This document shows, piece after piece, positions 52,662 to 64,000 of a stretch of DNA of 64,000 bases (its first letter is position 1; the number at the start of each line of letters is the position of its first letter). The position numbers and the translations under genes were made by a program. The stretch is from Octopus sinensis (Eukaryota): positions 62,001 through 126,000 of the forward strand of contig NW_021832281.1 in assembly GCF_006345805.1 (NCBI RefSeq). Direction: 5' to 3'. The notes beneath the pieces were generated by a model. That model searched no databases, was not told the DNA's origin, and saw nothing but the letters and a program-made list of their open reading frames with translations.

Positions 52662-55600
52662 CTAAACACAAGAGGGACAGAAATAGGGAAGAAAAGTGAG
52701 AAATTATCACAACAAAGTTAACGAAATAAACAAAGTTAACGAAATAAACAAAGTTAATGAAATAAACAGACGGGTGTAGGAGTGGCTGTGTGGTAAGTAG
52801 CTTGCTTACCAACCACATGGTTCCGGGTTCAGTCCCACTGCGTGGCACCTTGGGCAAGTGTCTTCTACTATAGCCTCGGGTCGACCAAAGCCTTGTGAGT
52901 GGGTTTGGTAGACGGAAACTGAAAGAAGCACGTCATATATATATACATGATCCCTGTGCCGGTGGCACTTACAAAGCACGATCTGAACGTGGCCGATGCC
53001 AGCGCCGCCTTGACTGGCTTCCGTGCCGGTGGCACGTAAAAAGCACCAACCGATTGTGGCCATTGCCAGCCTCGCCTGGCACCTGTGCCGGTGTCACGTA
53101 AAAAGCACCCACTACACTCACAGAGTGGTTGGCGTTAGGAAGGGCATCCAGCTGTAGAAATACTGCCAGATCTGACTGGCCTGGTGCAGCCTTCGGGCTC
53201 CCCAGACCCCAGTTGAACCGTCCAACCCATGCTAGCATGGAAAGCGGACGTTAAATGATGATGATGATGATGATAGGCGCAGGAGTGGCTGTGTGGTAAG
53301 TAGCTTCATGACCAACCACATGGTTCTGGGTTCAGTCCCATTGTGGCACCTTGGGCAAGTGTCTTCTACTATAGCCTCGGGCCGACCAATGCCTTCTGAG
53401 TGGATTTGGTAGACGGAAACTGAAAGAAGCCTGTCATATATATACATATATATATATATATAGGTGCAGGAGTGGCTGTGTGGTAAGTAGCTTCATGACT
53501 AACCACATGGTTCTGGGTTCAGTCCCATTGTGACACCTTGGGCAAGTGTCTTCTACTATAGCCTCGGGCTGACCAAAGCCTTCTGAGTGGATTTGGTAGA
53601 CGGAAACTGTAATAATAATAATAATCATAATAATAATTCTGACCAATCAGAAACTGAAATTAACATGTCAGTTTCTGATTGGACAATAATAAGTAATTAT
53701 TTTTCCAGAACTATGTAAAAAGTGTAAAATATACAGTCTAATATTTGTAAATATATACGCTAGATATAGTGCAACTCCCTCTCCCCAGATACACTGCACC
53801 ACACACACACGTTCTAGATATGGTGTGCATATCTATCTATATTATATTATATTATGTTTATATATATATATATTTATATATGTAATGGGAAGGTTTACGA
53901 AAATAAACAAAAGACGAAGGCAGGTGGAGTACAAACAAACAAATGTATTAGTATGGCGTTTAGAAATAGAAATAGAACAAGTCTTTTACGTTTCGAGCCT
54001 ACGCTCTTCAGCAGAAAGATACTCAGAAAAAAACAAGGAGAGAAAAAAATGCGTGTAGGAGCTAATGATCTATCAATATGTATAAATGTATGTATGTATG
54101 TATGTATGTATGTATGTATGCACTTTCCTGTTCCATTGGGGTAAGATTAGCCAAGAAAGTACTGCATCCAGTGAGAGATGAATATCATTTAATGTACACA
54201 CTGTAAAGATATGAGCTACAAGGCATGTTATAAGAACCTCCCTAGACACATGTCTTCAAAGCAAGAAACTGCTAATAGCTCATATCAATGTAGGGTGTGT
54301 ATTAAATGATATGTATGTCTGTTAACTTAAAATAGTGTACACACACACACACACATATATATATGTGACGGTGCAATGACCCAGTGGTTAGGGCAGTGGA
54401 CTCATGGTTGTAGGATCACGGTTTCGATTCCCAGACTGGGCGCTGTTAGTGTTTATTGAGCGAAAACACCCAAAGCTCCATGAGGCTCTGGCAGGGGGTG
54501 GTGGCGATCCCTGCTGTACTCTTTTGCTACAACTTTCTCTCACTCTTTCTTCTATTGGCCTGCTCACTTAGCCAGTGGGGTGGCGTCATTTGAAGGCTAA
54601 AACAATGCGAAGCGCATTGTGACCAGCGATGTGTAGCAACATCTGATAGCCTGGTCGGTCACGGTGATATATATATAGGGAGAGTTTACGAAAAAAACAA
54701 AAGATGAAGACAGGTGGTGTACAAAACAAACAGATGTATTAGTATAACGCTCAGGAATAGAAAAAGTCTTTTACGTTTTGAGCCTACGCTCATCTACAGA
54801 AAGGGACACAGAAAAAACAAGGACACACACACACACATACACGCACACACATTCACAGCTATGTAGAGGGGACTGCTGACAGTTCAGTGAGTTAATCACA
54901 GAGAAGGTATACTGAACTATGTCACAGAGTGGTACCTACATACTGCTGAGTGGGCTGTGCATATGGACTATACAACCCAAATGACAAGAGGTGCACCAGA
55001 GATCAGTGATCTATTAACAGCTGGTTGAATACCCAGTCAATCCACTCATGATATATAAAAAAAATGATATAGAAAAAATGAAATTGATGAAAATGCGTAG
55101 GAGTGGCTGTGTGGTAAGTAGCTTGTCTACCAACCACATTGTTCCGGGTTCAGTCCCACTGCCTGGCACCTTGGGCAAGTGTCTTCTACTATAGCCTCGG
55201 GCCGACCAAAGCCTTGTGAGTGGATTTGGTAGACGGAAACTGAAAGAAGCCTGTTGTATATATGTATATATATATATATATGTGTGTGTATGTGTTTGTG
55301 TGTCTGTGTTTGTCCCCCTAGCATTGCTTGACAACCGATGCTGCTGTGTTTATGTCCCTGTTACTTAGCAGTTCGGCAAAAGAGACCGATAGAATAAGTA
55401 CTGGGCTTACAAAAGAATAAATCCCGGGGTCGATTTGCTTGACAACCGATGTTGGTGTGTTTATGTCCCCGTTACTTAGCGGTTCGGCAAAAGGAGACCG
55501 ATAGAATAAGTACTGGGCTTACAAAAGAATAAATCCCGGGGGGTCGATTTGCTCGACTAAAGGCGGTGCTCCAGCATGGCCGCAGTCAAATGACTGAAAC

Positions 55601-55775
55601 AAGTAAAAGAGGCATAGGAGTGGCTGTGTGGTAAGTAGCTTGTTTACCAACCACATTGTTCCGGGTTCAGTCCCACAGCGTGACACCTTGGGCAAGTGTC
55701 TTCTACTATAGCCTCGGGTCGACCAAAGCCTTGTGAGTGGATTTGGAAGACGGAAACTGAAAGAAGACCGTTGTA

Positions 55776-55813
<38 letters not shown>

Positions 55814-56057
55814 TGTGTGTGTTTGTGTGTCTGTGTTTGTCCCCCTAGCATTGTGTGACAACCAATGCTGGTGTGTTTATGTCCCCGTTACTTAGCGGTT
55901 CGGCAAAAAGAGACCGATAGAATAAGTACTGGGCTTACAAAAGAATAAATCCCGGGGGGGCGATTTGCTCGACTAAAAAAGGCGGTGCTCCAGCATGGCC
56001 GCAGTCGAATGACTGAAAGAAGTAAAAGAGTAAAAAGAGTAAAGAGAGTGTACAAAC

Positions 56058-56159
56058 CTCTCTCCGGATTTTTCCGTGGCCATCGAAGTTGTACAGCGTG
56101 AATGACCAGTCCTGCTTCTTCTCCGTCTTTCTGTCCACGTGGACCTGGCATTGGAAGGG
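56058..56159 (-). CDS. NKD: Naked cuticle (NKD) exon, EFX/EF-hand region (PFQCQVHVDRKTEKKQDWSFTLYNFDGHGKIRRE)
   Basis: 102 nt phase 0-0; gacag acceptor, GAG|GTTTGT donor; matches NKD QEWTFTLYDFDNNGKVTRE. Confidence 0.9.
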
Positions 56160-57829
56160 CTGTCAACAGAAATAACAACAACAACAACAATTACAACTAT
56201 AACAACAACACTGAGAGTATTTCTGATTAAGGCCTTAATTTTAGACAGAAGGGGAAGGGGGTCAGTTGATATCATCGAGCCCAGTATATGACTGGTACTT
56301 TGTGTCATCGACCCTGAAGGAATAAAAGGCATTAAAAAGATTTAGCTTAAAAACGCTCAGAACTTTCCAGAAAACCCAATATGAAGGGCTTCTTTCAGTT
56401 TCTTATTTCTTTACTGCCCACAAGGGGCTAAACACAGAGGGGGACAAACAAGGACAGACAAAGGGATTAAATCGATTACATTGACCCCAGTGCATAACTG
56501 GTACTTAATTTATCGACCACGAAAGTTTGAAAGGCAAAGTCGACCTCGGCGGAATTTGAACTCAGAACGTAACTGCAGACGAAATACCTATTTCTTTACT
56601 ATCCACAAGGGGCTAAACATAGAGTGGACAAACAAGGACAGACAAAGGGATTAAGTCGATTACATCGAACCCAATGCATAACTGGTACTTAATTTATCGA
56701 CCCCCAAAAGGATGAAAGGCAAAGTCGACCTCAGTGGAATTTGAACTCAGAATTTAACGGCAACAAATTACCGCTAAGGATTTCGTCCGGCGTGCAAACG
56801 TTTCTGCTAGCTCACCACCTTAAAAGGGACAAACTAGCGCTAGGCATTTTGTTCAGCGTGCAAATGGTTCACACTCACATATGTATATGCTCACACACAT
56901 AGATACACATATATTATAAACACATGCTTCTACACACAACACACACGAAACATGGAGTAGATGAAACAAAGGCGACTGAAGAAGGGGAATTTTCCTTGTT
57001 TTGTATGTCCTGTACTCTATTTTTTCGTTGTTTAAGAAAAATGTCCATTTCCTTGGTTTTGTGTTTATGTTTTCGTTTCTCATTGTGTTCGACGTTTTTT
57101 TGGTGTCCTGTACCCATATATGCATGTATATATATACATGTAGAGGTAGGTACGTACATATATGTGTGTATATATATACATGTAGAGGTAGGTACGTACA
57201 TATATGTGTGTATATATGCATGTTTTATTTATTATATATATATATACACACATTCATATATACATTCATATATGCATAAATATCCTCACACATCTACAGA
57301 CATACATATATACATACATACATGCATGGACACACACACACACACACATTCTTATATACATATCCTCACACATACACATGCATTCATAGATACGCAGACA
57401 CACACACACACATGCATATATACACACATGCACACCTCACATGAAAGTTAATAGTGTGAAAACACACAACACACCACCACCGACAACAACAACAAGACAA
57501 CAAAGATTTAGTAAATGATGATGATGATGATGATGATTGGGATAAAGTGGAGAAGGGGGTGAAAGAAAATCAGGGTGGGTAAAGAAAGAGAGAGAGAGCG
57601 GGAGGGAGGGACCCAGAAGGCAAAGAGATAATACAGACAGAATTAAGGGTGGGGCTGGGCTGGGCTGGGGGGGAAAAAAAAGGGGTAGAAAGTGTGTCTG
57701 CTTCCCCCCCCCCACTCTACTTCATCCACCCCGCTTCCTACCCTCATCACCACACAGGCATTCTGCTACCCATCATATCTTTTTACAGCACCCCCTAGAC
57801 ACCACAACCATCACTGCCACCCACCGCCC

Positions 57830-57855
57830 TACTGCTGCTGCTGCTGCTGCTGCTG

Positions 57856-57889
<34 letters not shown>

Positions 57890-57921
57890 CGCTGCTGCTT
57901 CTGCTGCTGCGGTTACTACTC

Positions 57922-57960
<39 letters not shown>

Positions 57961-57981
57961 CTACTACTACTACTACTACTC

Positions 57982-58056
<75 letters not shown>

Positions 58057-58095
58057 CTACTACTACTACTACTACTACTACTCCTACTACTACTC

Positions 58096-58126
<31 letters not shown>

Positions 58127-58158
58127 CGCTGCTGCTTCTGCTGCTGCGGTTACTACTC

Positions 58159-58203
<45 letters not shown>

Positions 58204-58338
58204 CTACTACTACTACGCTACTACTACTACTACTCCTACTACTACTACTACTACTACTACTCCTCCTACTACTCCTACTACTACTACACTACTACTACTA
58301 CTACTACACGCTGCTGCTTCTGCGCTGCGGTTACTACC

Positions 58339-58399
<61 letters not shown>

Positions 58400-58520
58400 C
58401 TACTCCTACTACTACTCCTACTACTACTACTACTACCTACTACTACCGCTGCTGCTCTGCTGCTGCGGTTACTACTCCTACTACTACTACTAGTACTCTA
58501 CTACTACTACTACTGCTGTG
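57830..58520. repeat. (CTA)n microsatellite with recurring (CTG)n-cggtta cassettes
   Basis: Direct inspection. Confidence 0.9.
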
Positions 58521-59071
58521 CCTCCCCCAACCTACTCCCACGCCACCCCTCTACCACCGCTCGGTAAACAGAGTACAGCCAACACCCCAGACTTTTTACA
58601 TAGGCTATTGATAAGGTGTCTCTGCCCCTACCCACCCACCCACCCACCACCACCCACCCAACCTCACAAGCAGCAGTACCATCATCATCATCATCATCAT
58701 CAACATACTCTCCCACCACAACCACCACCACCACCACCACATGGCAATTAGAAGCATGGCAGTGGCTCCTCTACCGCCATCATCATCGTCTCTACCATCA
58801 TCATCACAACCACCACCACCACCACTGCTGCCATCATCACCATCATCAACATCATCATGACCTTCACCACTGCCGCCACCACCACCACCACCACCACCAA
58901 CAACAACAACAAAAACAACATTATCATAACCAGTATCATCACCATCAACATCAATATTTTCCCACTACCATTACCACCACCACCACCACCAATACCGCCG
59001 GTCTATCAGAAATCTTCAAAGGCATTCCAACGACTTGCATCATACATACATACATACATACATACATACAT

Positions 59072-59133
<62 letters not shown>

Positions 59134-59469
59134 ACGAATAGTAGTACCCTCAATATAATATATCTATATATAATATATATATATATATATATAGGAGATA
59201 AATAAAAATATATGCATACATACAAACATATATGTACGTACCTACATCTACATGTATATATACATGCATAATAAATATTATACGAAGTACAGGACATCAC
59301 AATAAGACGTAGAAACAGAAAAAGCCAAAAAACAAAAAACAAGAAAACGGAAAACGAAAACCAAATACAGGACAGGTTACACAAGGACAAAACCCCCGTC
59401 ATCAGCTGTCGCTAGAGGAGTCAGGCATATATATATAATATATATATATAATATATATACACATATACA

Positions 59470-59503
<34 letters not shown>

Positions 59504-60164
59504 CATATATATAATATATATATACACACACACACTTATATATATATAAACACACATATATATATACACATAATATACACACACATACATAAATATATAT
59601 ATATATATATACATACACACACATACATACACACATGCAGACGTTGTGTATTTAGGCATACACACACACGCACTCACACAGACAGATATACACTTAAATA
59701 GCAATGTGCCTATATAAATGTGTGTGCTTGTGTGTATGTATATACACTTACACACACACACACACACACACATCACATCACATACACACACACATGCCAC
59801 ACACACATACACACACACACACACATCACATCACATACACACACACATGACATCACATACACACACGCGCCACACACACCAACTCATGCATAAAAATACA
59901 CACATTATATCTTTCATCTTGTCTCAGACTTGCTTCAGTCTTTTGACTGCGGCCATGCTGGGGCACCGCCTTGAGGAATTTTAGTGAAATGAATCGAACC
60001 CAGTACATTTTCCTTTAAAGCGTGGTACTTATTTTTTATCGGTCTCTTTTGCCCAACCGCTAAGTTAAGAGGACGTAAACACACCAGCACCGATTGTCAA
60101 GTGATGGTGGGAGACAAACACAGACACAAAGACACATGCACACACACAACACACACACACAATC

Positions 60165-60199
60165 ATCATCATCATCATCCCCATCATCATCATCATCAT

Positions 60200-60248
<49 letters not shown>

Positions 60249-60465
60249 CCATCATCATCATCCCTATCATCATCATCATCATCATCATCCCCATCATCAT
60301 CATATCATCATCATCATCATCATCATCCCCATCATCATCATCCCCATCATCATCATCATCATCATCATCCCCATCATCATCATCATCATCATCATCGTCG
60401 TCGTCGTCATCACCACCATCATCATCATCATCATCATCATCATCCTCATCATCATCATCATCATT
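60165..60465. repeat. (CAT)n microsatellite
   Basis: Direct inspection. Confidence 0.95.
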
Positions 60466-61660
60466 TAATGACCGTTGTCCAATTTGACTAAAAGCTGGGG
60501 TGGGGTGGGGTGGGGATTTGCACCAGGTTCCAATCTGATTTGGCATGGTTTCTACAGCTGGATGCCCTTCCTAATGCCAACCACTCCAAGAGTGTAGCCG
60601 GTACTTTTTACGCGTCACCAGCACAGGTACCAGTTATGAAACAGTCACAAGGCCAAATATATCTGAAAGTTTCATCCGAATCCATCCAGCGGTTCTTGAG
60701 GTATCTTGTCCACGGACAAACAAACACAACTGAAAACAATACCTCCGCCTTTGGTGTAGCTAATAATAATAATCTGGAGGCGCAATGGCCCAGTGGTTAG
60801 GGCAGCGGACTCGCAGTTGTAGGATCGTGGTTTCGATTCCCAGACCGGGCGTTGTGAGTGTTTATTGAGCGAAAACACCTAAAAGCTCCACGAGGCTCCG
60901 GCAGGGGATGGTGGTGATCCCTGCCGTACTCTTTCACCACAACTTTCTCCCACTCTTACTTCCTGTTTCTGTTGTACCTGTATTTCAAAGGGCCAGCCTT
61001 GTCACTCTCTGTGTCACGCTGAATATCCCCGAGAACTACGTTAAGGGTACACGTGTCTGTGGAGTGCTCAGCCACTTACACGTTAATTTCACGAGCAGGC
61101 TGTTCCGTTGATTCGGATCAACCGGAACCCTCGTCGTCGTAACCGACGGAGTGCTTCCATCATTCCAATAATAATCTCTTTTTTATTAACCCCATGGGCT
61201 GAATACAAAACAAAGAGGGACAATACAACACAAGGGACAACTGGGGCCTAGCACAATATTCGTGTAAAAATAAAATAAAACAAGAGCCCTCACAGAGCGC
61301 AAACCTCCACCAAGGCAACACCAACATCCTCTCAACGATTAGCCGGAGATGCTTGCGTGCGGTTTTTCAAGATCAGTGACGAAAAGTTACTGGAAAAACC
61401 ATATAAGGATTTGCATTGGGACCTCCTTTCATCGAAAACCGGTGATTGCCATACGCCGACGACAGGTCAATACCTAGAAACTGCAGTCCGTGCATATCAC
61501 TTAGGTTGACGAGGGAAGGATGAACTCCCTTTGCAAATACCATAAGGGCACAGAAAGTGTGCCTAAAACCAGCTGGTGACGGTGTTCTCCTGGGGCTAAA
61601 AGCTACAGTAACACCCACCCTTAGTGGTTAGCCATATTGAGATGGCTAGTACACCTCACA

Positions 61661-61943
61661 TTTTTAAAATAAGAATATCTGAAATAAACTCAACTGCACT
61701 TACAAATGAGAATACTAAAAATGAACCCAACCACTCTCACAAATTAAGTTAAAAAAACTGGAAGAAAATAATCCAGAATCCTTGTCCGGTACCGGATTGA
61801 TCCAAAATCTAATAAGTTCATACCAGTCATGAGGCCAAACATCACTGAAAGTTTTTCGAATCCATCGAATGGTTCTTGAGATATCTTGTCCAGGGGAAGA
61901 AAAAAAAACACGACTGAAAACAATACCTCTGCCTTCGCTAATA

Positions 61944-61998
<55 letters not shown>

Positions 61999-62455
61999 CG
62001 ACGACGACGATGATGATGATGATGATGGTGATGATGATTATGATGATGATGATGATGGTGATGATGATTATGATGATGATGATGATGGTGACGATGACGA
62101 TGACGACGATGATGATGATGATGATAACAAGAGCACTCAGAGAGTGCAAATCTCTGCCAAGGCAACACCAATGTCCTTTCAACGATCAGCCAGAGATGAT
62201 TTTTAAAATGAGAATATCTGAAATACACTCGACTGCTCTCACAAATTAAGTTAAAAAAACTGGAAAAAAATAATCCAGAATCCTTGTCTGGTACTGGATC
62301 GATCCCAAAATCTAATCAGTTCGTGCCTGTCATGAGGTCAAAGATCACTGAAAGTTTCATCCGCATCCATCCAGTGGTTCTTGAGATATCTTGTCCAGGG
62401 GAAGAAAAAAAAACACGGAAAAAATACGACTGAAAACAATACCTCTGCCTTCGCA

Positions 62456-62496
<41 letters not shown>

Positions 62497-63355
62497 GAGC
62501 ACTCAAAGAGCGCAAATCTCTGCCAAGGCAACACCAATGTCCTCTCAACGATCAGCCAGAGATGATTTTTAAAATAAGAATATCTGAAATAAACTCAACT
62601 GCACTTACAAATGAGAATACTAAAAATGAACCCAACCACTCTCACAAATTAAGTTAAAAAAACTGGAAGAAAATAATCCAGAATCCTTGTCCGGTACCGG
62701 ATTGATCCCAAAATCTAATAAGTTCATACCAGTCATGAGGCCAAACATCACTGAAAGTTTTATCCGAATCCATCGAATGGTTCTTGAGATATCTTGTCCA
62801 GGGGAAGAAAAAAAAACACGACTGAAAACAATACCTCTGCCTTCGCTAATAATGATGATGATGATGATGATGATGAGATATGATGATGATGATGATGATG
62901 ATGATGACGACGACGACGATGATGATGATGATGATGGTGATGATGATTATGATGATGATGATGATGGATGATGATTATGATGATGATGATATGGTGACGA
63001 TGACGATGACGACGATGATGATGATGATGATAACAGAGCACTCAGAGAGTGCAAATCTCTGCCAAGGCAACACCAATGTCCTTTCAACGATCAGCCAGAG
63101 ATGATTTTTAAAATGAGAATATCTGAAATACACTCGACTGCTCTCACAAATTAGTTAAAAAAACTGGAAAAAAATAATCCAGATCCTTGTCTGGTACTGG
63201 ATCGATCCAAAATCTAATCAGTTCGTGCCTGTCATGAGGTCAAAGATCACTGAAAGTTTCATCCGCATCCATCCAGTGGTTCTTGAGATATCTTGTCCAG
63301 GGGAAGAAAAAAAAACACGGAAAAAATACGACTGAAAAATACCTCTGCCTTCGCA

Positions 63356-63399
<44 letters not shown>

Positions 63400-64000
63400 G
63401 AGCACTCAAAGAGCGCAAATCTCTGCCAAGGCAACACCAATGTCCTCTCAACGATCAGCCAGAGATGATTTTTAAAATAAGAATATCTGAAATACACTCG
63501 ACTGCTCTCACAAACGAGAATACTAAAAATGAACCTGACCGCTCTCAAAAATTAAGTAAAAAAAACTGGAAGAAAATAATCAGGATCCTTGTCCAGTATT
63601 GGATTGATCCCAAAATCTAATCAGTTCATACCAGTCACGAGGCCAAAGATCACTGAAAATTTTATCTGAATCCATCCAGTGGTTCTTGAGATATCTTGTC
63701 CACGGACAAACAAACAAACAGGGCTGGAAACAATACCTCCGCCTTTGCTAAGGCGGAGATAATAATAACAATGGCACTCAGAGAGCACAAACCTCTGCCA
63801 AAGCAACACCAACATCCTCTCAACGATTAGCCAGAGATGATTTTTTAAAATGAGAATATCTGAAATAAACTCGACTGCTCTCACAAATGAGTGTACTAAA
63901 GATGAACCTGACCACTCTTAAAAATTAAGTTAAAAAACTGGAAGAAAATAATCCAGAATCCTTGTCTGGTACCTAATCGATCCCAAAATCTAATCAGTTT
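61661..64000. repeat. Tandem array of ~365-540 bp monomers with A-B-A-B higher-order structure; possibly non-autonomous Helentron-like
   Basis: Monomer starts ~61661, 62200, 62566, 63105, 63469, 63839; embedded microsatellites; hairpin ctccgcctt-tgct-aaggcggag at 63737-63758. Confidence 0.75.

Noticed and set aside
53643-53682. 15-bp-arm hairpin with inverted CCAAT boxes
   Set aside because: Too short to distinguish from a MITE end remnant
56160-64000. NKD N-terminal exons (myristoylation MG start)
   Set aside because: No convincing coding exon found in this repeat-filled stretch; probably beyond the window

Overview
AT-rich, repeat-dense animal genomic DNA. The SINE families and microsatellite load suggest an Octopus/coleoid cephalopod genome (inference from recalled repeat sequences, not a search). 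Two spliced protein-coding genes lie on the minus strand. (1) A complete 6-exon SUV39H-type H3K9 methyltransferase (CDS 22697->4872, 645 aa: chromodomain, pre-SET, SET, post-SET; all introns GT-AG and phase-compatible) with an unusually long low-complexity insert between SET and post-SET. (2) The last three coding exons of a Naked cuticle (NKD) Wnt antagonist (56159->47580, 1024 aa in window), with a 2.5-kb terminal exon carrying many His clusters; its N-terminal exons were not found. The rest is tRNA-derived SINEs, an RTE-type retroposon family, LINE and mariner remnants, MITEs, several long foldback elements, mini/microsatellites and a higher-order tandem repeat at the right end. Nearly all other ORFs in the track are repeat artefacts. 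I cannot demonstrate a wholly new system. The best leads are the two expanded protein regions, a degenerate repeat-spacer array upstream of SUV39H, MITE arrays sharing a fixed 23-bp spacer at two loci, and the foldback elements. Protein family comparisons are from memory.
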